Positions 1-9,482 of a stretch of DNA of 64,000 nucleotides are shown here, piece after piece (the stretch's first letter is position 1; each line of letters starts with the position of its first letter). Made by a program: the position numbers and the translations under genes. The stretch is taken from the sequence record NC_025447.1; one strand, given 5' to 3'. Under the pieces are notes generated by a model, which was given only the letters and a program-made list of their open reading frames with translations, had not been told where the DNA came from and made no database searches.

Positions 1-353
1 ATCCATGAAGTACAATCTGTCCACGTGTTATAATATGCACCTGAACCAGAAAACGCACTCGGACTTCCAGTTATAAACACTTTTCCAGTACCGTCTTCTT
101 CATATAATTGACAACCACTACTGTTATTTTCCAAAAGGACTCTTTTAACATTAGTCGCACTAAGAATAAATTTACTCGACGCTACACCAGTTCCAGTACC
201 CTGACTGACTGCCGCTGATGCATACAAATTTTTCGTGTATGTATCATGAAAATACATAGCACTACCGCCGGAATATATTTTAAAACGTGTACTAGGATCA
301 GGCGGGTTAGGTGCAATATTCCCGTACTTAATCATTCTAACAAAAGGTAACAT
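1..353 (-). CDS. RCC1/BLIP-II-like repeat protein, MLPF-leader family (runs off window edge)
   Basis: Manual translation MLPFVRMIKYGNIAPNPPDPSTRFKIYSGGSAMYFHDTY...; close paralog of 6107-7255; same upstream cassette. Confidence 0.8.
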   Translation of the reverse strand, partial: MLPFVRMIKYGNIAPNPPDPSTRFKIYSGGSAMYFHDTYTKNLYASAAVSQGTGTGVASSKFILSATNVKRVLLENNSSGCQLYEEDGTGKVFITGSPSAFSGSGAYYNTWTDCTSW

Positions 354-424
354 ATTTCCCTCCTTATTCATTATACTATATTTAATACAAATAAGAATGC
401 TAGTATCAAGTACTGGCCTATATT

Positions 425-1162
425 TTAGACTGAATTGTTAGGATAATATCTCCCACGTCCCCATATTATTCGCACAGCACCACCACCAGCAGCCGTATAA
501 GAAAAATTATCCCATATACTACCACCACCACCATACATCTTACCAGCACCACCACTACCAGCACCACCATTATATGAACCATCGTATCTACCGCCAATAC
601 CATTAGCACCTTGAACAATGATACCAGTACCACCACCCGTACCAATGAACGAGGTATTATAGAATGCACCACCACCACCGCCGCCGCCAGCACCATTTTC
701 ACCAGTGATTGCATCTCCGTTACCACCTTTACCAGTGTAGCCACCAGCACCACCACCAATGACTGCACCACCACTTACACCAGCGTTGCCCCCATTACCA
801 CCACCATCATTAATAGCGTTAGCAGCTTTCCCACCTAGTCCACCAACCCTATATTCACCAGTGAAGCTAACACATAGTTTTTCAGTTCCACGATATAAAC
901 CGTTTTCAACTGCTGTAGTAGTGTTGGGATGTGTAAGAGAAACACTTAAGTACTCACCACTAGTAACCGGAATATTATTACGCCACGATAAGCCGCCACC
1001 AGCACCACGTTGACCACCCGGCGAAATAACACATACTGATATTTCGGTAACGCCAGCAGGAACTGTAAATTGTGTTGTTCCTATTGTCGTGATTAATTGT
1101 TCACCATCTGGCTTATATTCAATTTTATTCCCGTACTTTACCATTCTTCCAAAAGGTAACAT
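425..1162 (-). CDS. Glycine-rich protein with MLPF leader, putative virion/tail-associated
   Basis: ATG after AGGAGG; MLPFGRMVKYGN start; many GGxG/GAGG runs; Gly-rich domains of this style are common in phage tail-associated proteins. Confidence 0.7.
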   Translation of the reverse strand: MLPFGRMVKYGNKIEYKPDGEQLITTIGTTQFTVPAGVTEISVCVISPGGQRGAGGGLSWRNNIPVTSGEYLSVSLTHPNTTTAVENGLYRGTEKLCVSFTGEYRVGGLGGKAANAINDGGGNGGNAGVSGGAVIGGGAGGYTGKGGNGDAITGENGAGGGGGGGAFYNTSFIGTGGGTGIIVQGANGIGGRYDGSYNGGAGSGGAGKMYGGGGSIWDNFSYTAAGGGAVRIIWGRGRYYPNNSV

Positions 1163-1233
1163 ACTTCCTCCTTTATTCATTATACTATATTTAATACAAA
1201 TAAGAAAGCCAGTACTTTGTACTGGCTAAATTA

Positions 1234-2424
1234 TTACAATTGTCTAGGTGTATCCAGTACATATCTATTTGTAGTAGGACCACCATCATCATATGTTCCG
1301 GTTGAATATATATTTTTCATATCAGCAGTTAGGAAAGTACGATACGAACCGCGATATATTTTTATTTTATCATACATAGAATATGTTATTCCTGACGGCA
1401 ATGGACATGCAGTAAATTTACCAATAGTAACATTAGAACCAACACCCAATGAACCAGCATAGGCACTCGCATTTAAACCAGTTGCATATACACCTGTACT
1501 CGTAATTAGTATACTAGATTGTGTTGGGTATCCAGTATGAATTGAATACAAAGTACCAGGTGGTAGAGTAGTACTGTTATTTCCTAAAACTCCATTAACA
1601 GTGCTAGATGTAGTGTTATTTCCCCATGCTCCATTATTAGCTAACCCACCCACTAGGAACTGACGTGCTCCTGTATTTGGATTTTCAACTAAAGCACTTA
1701 CTGCACCAGTTGAGCATCCTGTGTATTGTAACGTTTTTGTGTATGTTGTATTTGGTTGATATAAAGTATATTCATTATATGAAGTCCATGTAGTCGCGGA
1801 ACTTATACCGGATGTAACACCACCAATATATAAATTATTTTGTTTATCAAACAACAATACACAGTTATTTGTTGACTGTATTTGTGCAATATCAACATTA
1901 GGTGTGACCGCTTTTACAAATGAACCATCGGTTATTTCATAAGTAGTTCCCGTTCCATCGGCGAATTGTCTAGCACTGTTCCACCCTGTACTCCATATTG
2001 TATTATTGTCCATTAAGAAAGTAAACCACGTAGTACCTGCATACATCTGTTTAATTGAAGTACTTGAACTTTGTGTGTACAAATTTTGAATATATTGGTT
2101 ATAACTTAAAAACGTAGTAGTACTAGTTGATAAACCAATATGACTACCATATCCACAGTAATAATAATTTGAGTCATTGTCTTTTACTAATAAAGTTCCT
2201 TGTGTAAGCCAGCAATCGTTAACGTTTTCTCTAATTAATGTCCATGATTTTAATGCAGTGTTGTTTCCTCTACCGAATTTCCCAAAACTATTAGTCCCAC
2301 GTGCATATAGTTGACCATCCGTATACAGAACCACAACATCTAAATCAGTTGGGATTATTTTCTTAATTTTAAGTGGTACTGGGGCAATATTCCCATAATT
2401 CATCATTCTTGCAAAAGGTAACAT
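1234..2424 (-). CDS. RCC1/BLIP-II-like repeat protein, MLPF-leader family
   Basis: Motifs LYARGTNSFGKFGRG, IWSTGWNSARQFADG, VYATGLNAS..GSLGVG. Confidence 0.75.
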   Translation of the reverse strand: MLPFARMMNYGNIAPVPLKIKKIIPTDLDVVVLYTDGQLYARGTNSFGKFGRGNNTALKSWTLIRENVNDCWLTQGTLLVKDNDSNYYYCGYGSHIGLSTSTTTFLSYNQYIQNLYTQSSSTSIKQMYAGTTWFTFLMDNNTIWSTGWNSARQFADGTGTTYEITDGSFVKAVTPNVDIAQIQSTNNCVLLFDKQNNLYIGGVTSGISSATTWTSYNEYTLYQPNTTYTKTLQYTGCSTGAVSALVENPNTGARQFLVGGLANNGAWGNNTTSSTVNGVLGNNSTTLPPGTLYSIHTGYPTQSSILITSTGVYATGLNASAYAGSLGVGSNVTIGKFTACPLPSGITYSMYDKIKIYRGSYRTFLTADMKNIYSTGTYDDGGPTTNRYVLDTPRQL

Positions 2425-2495
2425 ATTTCCCTCCTTTATTCATTATACTATATTTAATACAAATAAGAAAGCCAGTACAGTGTACTGGCATTATA

Positions 2496-3635
2496 TTATT
2501 TCCACGGTAGAAGTGAATCAGGAACCCTTGTTGGTACAGTAGTTGAAGACATTCCAGTAAGATTGGGTACACCACATGTGTATAAATTATTATATTCGTC
2601 AACTAACATCGTATAAGAATAGCTCTTACAAAAACTACTAAGATTACTACCTTCTAATGCAGTAAGATCCATTTCAGCGAATGATGTTATATACATATCA
2701 GTTGTACCAATACCACATTGACCATTTGAATTAAGGCCACATGAAAATAACTTATTATTATTATTAATTATACAGGATGGTCCGGTAAGGTTTGTCCCAA
2801 GCTCACCCACCAACTCCACTTCTCCTTGGAATGATAAATTTGGAATTAATGTACTCATTGGGGCTACTGACCTATTTCCTGTACCTGCTTGTCCATAGTC
2901 GTTAATAGATGCAACTTTAACATTACCATCATTAAGAAATATATAAGAAGTTTCATTTGTATTGACTGCTTTAATTGCATTACTAATCGAAGTATCTTGT
3001 GTAAATGTGAGCAAGTTTTGTGTCGTCGTTCCTGATACAAACGTTCTACCTGCATACCAATATGAACCATCATTTAGTACTAATCCAGTACTATATATTG
3101 CACAACCAGCACTGATAACATTTTCTATTGTACTATAGGTGAATCGTGAAACGCTTGAAGTTGATCCATTCCCAAAAACACCACCAGTACCAGCACCACA
3201 GTAGAACCACTTTCCATTTTTTAAAAATACACGCATACACGAAGATATCACAACACTATCAATATCATCTGCACTGACACCGAAATCAGTAAAGTTCTGT
3301 GTTATATCAACCCAAACGCCGTTAGTGTTTGAAGATAGTATTGGAATAACAGTACGTCTACCAGTGTACCAAATAGTACCATCTTTCTTTATAGCAATTG
3401 TTCCTTGTACCCCACCCCAATATCGTGTAACATTTGAGTTGACAAGAGTCCATTCAGTTGAAGAGTCCAATGAACTATTACCACTTTGTCCATATGCTGA
3501 AGAACCAAACCAATATAGATTGCCATTTGTGTGTAAATAAAATTTGGCATCAGCAGAACATTGTAACCTGTTTTTAGGTAGAATCAGTTCAGGTGCGATA
3601 TTCCCGTACTTAACCATTCTTGCAAAAGGTAACAT
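2496..3635 (-). CDS. RCC1/BLIP-II-like repeat protein, MLPF-leader family
   Basis: Start corrected to MLPFARMVKYGN; motifs FGSSAYGQSGN, CGLNSNGQCGIG; paralog of 4890-6032. Confidence 0.8.
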   Translation of the reverse strand: MLPFARMVKYGNIAPELILPKNRLQCSADAKFYLHTNGNLYWFGSSAYGQSGNSSLDSSTEWTLVNSNVTRYWGGVQGTIAIKKDGTIWYTGRRTVIPILSSNTNGVWVDITQNFTDFGVSADDIDSVVISSCMRVFLKNGKWFYCGAGTGGVFGNGSTSSVSRFTYSTIENVISAGCAIYSTGLVLNDGSYWYAGRTFVSGTTTQNLLTFTQDTSISNAIKAVNTNETSYIFLNDGNVKVASINDYGQAGTGNRSVAPMSTLIPNLSFQGEVELVGELGTNLTGPSCIINNNNKLFSCGLNSNGQCGIGTTDMYITSFAEMDLTALEGSNLSSFCKSYSYTMLVDEYNNLYTCGVPNLTGMSSTTVPTRVPDSLLPWK

Positions 3636-3705
3636 ATTCCCTCCTTTATTTGTTATACTATATTTAATACAAATAAGAAAGCCAGTACAGTGTACTGGCA
3701 TTATG

Positions 3706-4815
3706 TTATTTTGGTAAATCAATTTTAGTAAAGACTGCAACATCCTCGATTGCACCTGGAATGGCGTAATACGATCCAGTACTATACACATCTCCATTTT
3801 TGGTTAATATCGATGTCAAACCATCACTAAAAAGAACATCCCTAATCTCACTAACTTCAACGGGTAATTGTAAATTGGTAGCACTATATATAGCACCAGT
3901 TTGAGAATTGTTTAATCCCAAACCACGGTTCGCCCCAACACCCTTCTGATATGTACTAGTAATTACCATTTGTGTAGCAGTATTTAAGGCAGGTGAATTC
4001 GTCATAAACAATGGAGAACTATTAGGCAAAGTACTTACAGGAACTGCACGGAATGTAGTCGTACCTGAACTAAGAAAGTTTGGAGTTTGACCACATACGA
4101 AATATGATGTACCATTATAGTAATTGAATGCATTACCACCAATGGCTGCATCGATTACACCAGAACTACGCAATCCCCAAGTGTTAATTTGTGTTTGGTT
4201 CCCCGTACCATGCTGTCCACTACTATTCCATCCAGAACTATATAGCTTATTATCTAATGTAAGATACATACTATCATTCGCATTGGTCATTACTTTACGA
4301 ACGTTCGTAGCACATTGAGTTAATGTGTAAATTGATGAGGAACCAATACCCAAAGAACCACGATATCCATTATCTCCTGCACCATAGAGTACTGAATTAG
4401 TGCTAAGTACAAATATTAAACCATTTGTACATACAATATTAGCAATTTCACTTACTGGTATAGCATTGGTAAACCAATTAGTCCTTTCAACTAATACAGT
4501 ACTGTAAGAAGTAGTTGTAGAAGATGAGAACCAGTACGTTTGACCTGATGTCCATATCGTATTATCATTTTTAATAATAACAAGTGTACGATCACCCACG
4601 AAAAAATTAGAAACATCTGCACTTACTAATATCCATGAAGATACCGTGTTGGTATTACCATTTCCAGATTCACCACCTTGATTTCTACCTATGTAATATA
4701 AATCATGTGAATCAGTCAATAAGAATTGACCTTGTGTAGAAGCACCAACTTTAATTATATTTTTAGGACCAGGTACAATATTTCCGTACTTAACCATTCT
4801 TGCAAAAGGTAACAT
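3706..4815 (-). CDS. RCC1/BLIP-II-like repeat protein, MLPF-leader family
   Basis: Motifs LYGAGDNGYRGSLGIG, LYSSGWNSSGQHGTG. Confidence 0.8.
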   Translation of the reverse strand: MLPFARMVKYGNIVPGPKNIIKVGASTQGQFLLTDSHDLYYIGRNQGGESGNGNTNTVSSWILVSADVSNFFVGDRTLVIIKNDNTIWTSGQTYWFSSSTTTSYSTVLVERTNWFTNAIPVSEIANIVCTNGLIFVLSTNSVLYGAGDNGYRGSLGIGSSSIYTLTQCATNVRKVMTNANDSMYLTLDNKLYSSGWNSSGQHGTGNQTQINTWGLRSSGVIDAAIGGNAFNYYNGTSYFVCGQTPNFLSSGTTTFRAVPVSTLPNSSPLFMTNSPALNTATQMVITSTYQKGVGANRGLGLNNSQTGAIYSATNLQLPVEVSEIRDVLFSDGLTSILTKNGDVYSTGSYYAIPGAIEDVAVFTKIDLPK

Positions 4816-4889
4816 AATTCCCTCCTTTATTCATTATACTATATTTAATACAAAAAAGAAAAGCCAGTATCAAGTACTGGCATATTACA

Positions 4890-6032
4890 TTATTTCCACG
4901 GTAGAAGGGAATCGGGGACTCTGGTTGGAACTCTCACGGCTGGAACATTTCCAAGTTCAGCCAAACCACTCATATACAAATTGTTATTTTCATCAATTAT
5001 CATTGAATAGAAATTATCAATTACGAAGCCTGAAATTCGTCTTCCTTCTAATGCATCAAGAACCATTTCGGTGAAAGTTAATATATTTTCGGATGTTTGA
5101 TTAACACCACATGCACCATAGGTATTTCGACCACAAGTATATAACTTATTATTATTTTTAACAACACATCCATTCCCTTCGTTGTTGGATAAACCACCCA
5201 CCAACTCTATTTCACCTTGGAATGATAAATTGGGAATTAATGTACTCATTGGTACTGCTGATACTCTACCTACACCAGCTTGACCATATGCATTTGGTGA
5301 AGCAACCTTCACTGAACCATCATTAAGAAATATATATGAAGTACGGTATGTATTTACAGCTTGTATAGCATTGGTGATCGTATTGTCTTTTGTAAAACTT
5401 AATATATTTGATGTTGTTGTACTACCAGGAGCAACAGTATTTCCTGCATACCAATAGGAACCATCATCAAGAACTAACCCAGTACTGAGCAAAGAACAGC
5501 CATAACTTTTAACATTTTCTATAGTGCTGTATCTGAACGATGTGACATTAGCTGTTGACGCGTTACCAAATACACCACCCTCGCCAGCACCACAGTAGAA
5601 CCATTTTCCATTTTTCAAAAATACACGCAAATTCTGTCCAACAGCAATACCATCAATATCATCAGCACTGACACCAAAATCAGTGAAGTACTGGGTTACA
5701 TCAATCCAAACCCCATTTGTATTTGTTCCGATTTGTGGCATTACTATACTAGCACCTGTGAACCAAATAGTTCCATCATTCTTAATGGCAATGGAACCAA
5801 GAACACCACCCCAGTAACGTTCAATATTATTATTCACACGGGTCCATACGGTGGATGATTGTAATGAACCATTACCACCTTGTCCAAATGAAGATGAACC
5901 ATACCAGTACAAGTCACCATTAACATGCAAATAAAAACGAGTATTATAATTTGCTTGTAATCTATTTTTAAATAGAGGTTTTGGTTCTGGTGCTTCATTT
6001 CCGTACTTAACCATTCTTGCAAAAGGTAACAT
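4890..6032 (-). CDS. RCC1/BLIP-II-like repeat protein, MLPF-leader family
   Basis: Motifs YGSSSFGQGGN, ASPNAYGQAGVG, CGRNTYGACGV; ends PTRVPDSLLPWK like 2496-3635. Confidence 0.8.
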   Translation of the reverse strand: MLPFARMVKYGNEAPEPKPLFKNRLQANYNTRFYLHVNGDLYWYGSSSFGQGGNGSLQSSTVWTRVNNNIERYWGGVLGSIAIKNDGTIWFTGASIVMPQIGTNTNGVWIDVTQYFTDFGVSADDIDGIAVGQNLRVFLKNGKWFYCGAGEGGVFGNASTANVTSFRYSTIENVKSYGCSLLSTGLVLDDGSYWYAGNTVAPGSTTTSNILSFTKDNTITNAIQAVNTYRTSYIFLNDGSVKVASPNAYGQAGVGRVSAVPMSTLIPNLSFQGEIELVGGLSNNEGNGCVVKNNNKLYTCGRNTYGACGVNQTSENILTFTEMVLDALEGRRISGFVIDNFYSMIIDENNNLYMSGLAELGNVPAVRVPTRVPDSLLPWK

Positions 6033-6106
6033 AATTCCCTCCTTTATTCATTATACTATATTTAATACAAAAAAGAAAAGCCAGTATCAAGTACTGGCAT
6101 ATCAAA

Positions 6107-7255
6107 TCACTGCAAAAATGACATATCGACTTCGGTATAATTAAGAACGTTCTGTCCAGCAATACCTCCCATTACTACAATTGAAGCCCCACAATAATAT
6201 AACTTCGAAGTGTCAGTAAGTATAAGTGAACCAGATGGGGTGCGTACCAAATTACACGAAGTATTAAACGAAGTATATGAAGGGGTATAAGAGTACTGAT
6301 TAATATTATTACCAACACCTAATTGACCAGACGAGTTGCTTCCAGATGCATAAAGTACTTCATCACCTTTAACTATATGTGACGCCATGTTACCAACACA
6401 AGTATATAAACTATAAACTCCTGAACTCAATAATGTTGGAGTTTTGTATTGTATATCTGTAGATGAAGAAGTACCACCTGTGCCAAATTCGTTCCCGTAT
6501 TGTGCACCGAACTGTTTACCACAAGCGTACAAATTATTATCCGATTTAATAAAAAATGTACTCTGATAACTGACATTACAATCTATAACATCCGAAGAAA
6601 TCATCGTCACCCCAGTAATAGAAGTTTGATTGCCTGTACCTAACTGATAGTAATAGTTAAAACCACAACCCCATAAAGTATTATCTTCTTTTAGGTATAT
6701 GTTACCAACTGCCTTTTTAACCGAAGTTATAGTATCTACCCTTTTGAATGTGTTAAAAGAATTAATGTTTGTACCATCACCAAATGATGATAGGTTAGAG
6801 TTATTGTTAGCTCCACAACAATACAATGTACCATCGTTTGTTATCAAATTTACCTTCATATCATTAAAACTACTCATGTATTTTATATCAGAAACATTAA
6901 TACCACCTGATGTTATCCATGTAGTACAGTCCGTCCACAAAGTTTTTCTATCAGTTACACCAGTGAATGCCTTCGTGTTGCCAGTGATAAAAACTTTTCC
7001 CGTACCTTTCTCTTCGTACAATTGACAATCACTACTGTTATCTTCCAATAGAACTCGTTTAACATTCTCCGCACAAAGAATAAATTTACTCGATGCTACA
7101 CCTGTTCCAGTACCCCAATTCGTCGCAGAAGATGCATACAACTTATCAGTATAAGTATCATGAAGATACATGGAATCACTGGAATATATTTTAAAACGTC
7201 CATCATCACCAGGGGCAATATTCCCGTACTTAACCATTCTTGCAAAAGGTAACAT
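6107..7255 (-). CDS. RCC1/BLIP-II-like repeat protein, MLPF-leader family
   Basis: Start corrected; motifs CGFNYYYQLGTG, SGSNSSGQLGVG. Confidence 0.8.
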   Translation of the reverse strand: MLPFARMVKYGNIAPGDDGRFKIYSSDSMYLHDTYTDKLYASSATNWGTGTGVASSKFILCAENVKRVLLEDNSSDCQLYEEKGTGKVFITGNTKAFTGVTDRKTLWTDCTTWITSGGINVSDIKYMSSFNDMKVNLITNDGTLYCCGANNNSNLSSFGDGTNINSFNTFKRVDTITSVKKAVGNIYLKEDNTLWGCGFNYYYQLGTGNQTSITGVTMISSDVIDCNVSYQSTFFIKSDNNLYACGKQFGAQYGNEFGTGGTSSSTDIQYKTPTLLSSGVYSLYTCVGNMASHIVKGDEVLYASGSNSSGQLGVGNNINQYSYTPSYTSFNTSCNLVRTPSGSLILTDTSKLYYCGASIVVMGGIAGQNVLNYTEVDMSFLQ

Positions 7256-7303
7256 AATTCCCTCCTTATTCATTATATCATATTTACCCAATAAAGAAAA
7301 CCC

Positions 7304-7332
7304 TTGACATCCTTTCAGTACTGTTGTACTAT
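7304..7332 (+). promoter_or_regulatory. sigma70-type promoter for family A array, divergent from the MLPF array
   Basis: TTGACA-17-TACTAT, AGTACT in spacer; AAGGAG RBS before ATG 7358. Confidence 0.8.
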
Positions 7333-7357
7333 AGAAGGAATATAAGGAGAACTACAC

Positions 7358-7585
7358 ATGACAAATACTCTTAAGTACTACCTCAATACTCTAAATGAAC
7401 TAGAGTACGGGGAGTTTCTCTCGGATAGTTCGTGGCTAATTGAGCTAAAAAATTATAATAGTCCAGGATGCACCCTTATGATGAACAATGCAATTGATAC
7501 CCTCATTGTGAGTATTTTACACAGCAACATCTGCGGGGATAGCAATAAACAATTATCAAAAATCTTAGTACTGCTATCTATATGA
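7358..7585 (+). CDS. Small hypothetical protein, family A (divergent)
   Basis: RBS; N-terminal KYYL, C-terminal hydrophobic ILVLLSI. Confidence 0.65.
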   Translation: MTNTLKYYLNTLNELEYGEFLSDSSWLIELKNYNSPGCTLMMNNAIDTLIVSILHSNICGDSNKQLSKILVLLSI

Positions 7586-7785
7586 ATATCGAACAGTACT
7601 ACATCGATGCACTACCAACAAAAGGTCTACGAGAAAGCCTACTGTATACACAAAATACTATTATACACTACAAACGTTGTCCTAAACTCCTGAACTCGTA
7701 CAGGAATAATATCATAAGAAATGCTTTACAAGGGGCAGAAAGTATGCAATACTATTATATCCTTGCCCTTTTAATCGAGTACTAA
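7582..7785 (+). CDS. Small hypothetical protein, family A
   Basis: EQYY...YYILALLIEY. Confidence 0.75.
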   Translation: MNIEQYYIDALPTKGLRESLLYTQNTIIHYKRCPKLLNSYRNNIIRNALQGAESMQYYYILALLIEY

Positions 7786-7786
7786 T

Positions 7787-7996
7787 ATGAATACTGAACA
7801 TAAAGAATTCTACACCAAATACCTTAGCAACGAAGAACAATTGTTTCTAAGGAGTGTATCACCTTTAAGTATAGATACACCACACGCCAGAGATTGCTTT
7901 AATAATTGTATACGTAGTACTCTAGAAGCAATCGAATGTAATAACAAAAATATTATGTACTCTGGTTTAATAGGACTAATATATTTCTATGAATAA
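7787..7996 (+). CDS. Small hypothetical protein, family A
   Basis: HKEFY...FNNCI...LIGLIYFY. Confidence 0.75.
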   Translation: MNTEHKEFYTKYLSNEEQLFLRSVSPLSIDTPHARDCFNNCIRSTLEAIECNNKNIMYSGLIGLIYFYE

Positions 7997-8183
7997 TCAT
8001 AAAGATTTCTATTGTAGTAAACTACCCAAACAAGAACAGCTATCATTCTCTTTAGCACCACCTATGAGAAAGGATAATCTGTATTATAATTACGATTTCA
8101 GGATGGTGACACGTTATGCAATAGAACATACGTTCCCTGCAACTAAGTACCGCTCTATCCTGAACCTCATCTTTAAGTTCTAA
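7989..8183 (+). CDS. Small hypothetical protein, family A
   Basis: HKDFY...ILNLIFKF. Confidence 0.75.
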   Translation: MNNHKDFYCSKLPKQEQLSFSLAPPMRKDNLYYNYDFRMVTRYAIEHTFPATKYRSILNLIFKF

Positions 8184-8235
8184 AAGGTACACCAGGGACC
8201 GAGTACTTTAATATAGTAAGGCTAATTACATTATA

Positions 8236-8421
8236 ATGAATCATATAAGCTACTACTACCAACAACTATCCGACAGAGACAAGTACAGTCACAACTCCCA
8301 TGTGTGGTACTACAAACGCGGCAGTATAAGAGACAAACAACATTACTTCTGTATTTCTATTAAAGAAGCACTAACAACTAAGTACACGTACCGAGCAGTA
8401 CTTAAACTTATTGAAATGTAA
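8236..8421 (+). CDS. Small hypothetical protein, family A
   Basis: HISYYY...YRAVLKLI. Confidence 0.7.
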   Translation: MNHISYYYQQLSDRDKYSHNSHVWYYKRGSIRDKQHYFCISIKEALTTKYTYRAVLKLIEM

Positions 8422-8429
8422 GGAAGAAA

Positions 8430-8612
8430 ATGAATATAGAATTCTATTTAACTAAACTACAACACGCCGAAAGATTCAACTTCAATAAGTTCAATATTTT
8501 CTACAATTGCGGGAACAAAAAAGATAAACACACCTTCCTATATGTCGTCACAAGAGATGCACAAAACGAAAAGTACACATACAGAGAAGTAATGAAACTA
8601 ATCGCTATTTAA
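8430..8612 (+). CDS. Small hypothetical protein, family A
   Basis: IEFYL...YREVMKLI; AAGGAAG RBS. Confidence 0.7.
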   Translation: MNIEFYLTKLQHAERFNFNKFNIFYNCGNKKDKHTFLYVVTRDAQNEKYTYREVMKLIAI

Positions 8613-8620
8613 GGAATACT

Positions 8621-8800
8621 ATGCAACAATTCTATATAGAACGTATAACCATAAAAGACCGTTTCATGTACGACACCTTCGTTGATTACTACAACCTAGG
8701 AACAAAAAGTACTAAAAATATTAATCTCAATAGCTGCATTTATGCTGTACTAACACAAGATAATCCCTACAGGGAAATCCTCGCACTGGCATCTATATAA
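8621..8800 (+). CDS. Small hypothetical protein, family A (59 aa, not in ORF track)
   Basis: AAGGA RBS; MQQFYIERI...NSCIYAVL...YREILALASI. Confidence 0.7.
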   Translation: MQQFYIERITIKDRFMYDTFVDYYNLGTKSTKNINLNSCIYAVLTQDNPYREILALASI

Positions 8801-8810
8801 AGGAAACCAA

Positions 8811-9482
8811 ATGAAACTTAATGCACACAGCAAACAATACCTTAAGCACTTTAAGTACCTCAATAGTATTCAGGCAGAATCCGTTACATCTGCATATACG
8901 TATCACCCGAATGTACTAAAGAAACGAAATAAAAAGGAAAAATCCAGTACAAATGGAGTTAACGTATCAAAGAACCTTGAATTGTACATGAAGAAAAATA
9001 ATATAGCTGTTCATTATATGAATATCTATAATACTGATTTAAAAGTATTGAGTACTAATACGAGCACGAAGGTACTAAAGAACGCATCCTTCATCATCAA
9101 TATGCAGTTGGATAATACCCCGTGCACTTTAATGCTATACTTCGGGAATACATACTTCTTCGGGAATTGTAACACCTCCCACGATGTCAATACAGCACAA
9201 TTCCAAATGGGTGGCATATACTCTACTGATGCAGAAAAAGTACACGAGAATATGCACTTCTGGCAAGCACAACGTACAGAAGAAACTAAATCAATTGTAG
9301 ATTTCCTCAAAGAACTAGAACACAAAGAACTACAGGAAGAAGAACTATTCATGTACAGTACTGTAATCGATAATCCAGTACTCTATAAAAACGCGTACAA
9401 TCTGACAAAACATGTACAGGAAATTATCAGTACTAATAAGAAAATGCATCACCTCATTACGTATATTACAAACTATGTATAA
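8811..9482 (+). CDS. Hypothetical protein carrying family C motif
   Basis: AAGGA RBS; EEELFMYSTVID near C-terminus. Confidence 0.7.
   Translation: MKLNAHSKQYLKHFKYLNSIQAESVTSAYTYHPNVLKKRNKKEKSSTNGVNVSKNLELYMKKNNIAVHYMNIYNTDLKVLSTNTSTKVLKNASFIINMQLDNTPCTLMLYFGNTYFFGNCNTSHDVNTAQFQMGGIYSTDAEKVHENMHFWQAQRTEETKSIVDFLKELEHKELQEEELFMYSTVIDNPVLYKNAYNLTKHVQEIISTNKKMHHLITYITNYV

Larger units (their letters stand above)
318..7280 (-). repeat. Repeated ~110 bp unit: terminator + AT-rich promoter-like motif + AGGAGG RBS + first 12 codons
   Basis: Intergenic copies at 354-424, 1163-1233, 2425-2495, 3636-3705, 4816-4889, 6033-6106 (partial 7256-7290). Minus-strand consensus GCCAGTAC-loop-(G/A)TACTGGC-TTTCTT(A/T)TTTG-TATTAAATA-TAGTATAATGAATAAAGGAGG-N4-5-ATGTTACCTTTTGCAAGAATGGTTAAGTACGG. 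Confidence 0.95.

Noticed and set aside
466-1013. Val-rich, Thr-rich and Pro-rich ORFs (466-774, 611-838, 759-1013)
   Set aside because: Alternative-frame shadows of the GGT-rich Gly codons in 425-1162; no RBS
3636-3797. N-terminal extension of the 2496-3797 ORF (and similar extensions at 1180, 7291, 13077, 17529, 27257, 41025)
   Set aside because: These read through promoter, terminator or upstream gene sequence; a downstream ATG/GTG with a good RBS matches paralog starts
2496-6032. Diversity-generating retroelement (template/variable repeat pair)
   Set aside because: No reverse transcriptase in the window; differences between paralogs are spread over the genes and not restricted to adenines
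354-7290. Integron with attC sites
   Set aside because: No tyrosine integrase in the window, and the junction hairpins are T-tailed terminators without clear R-box/L-box organisation
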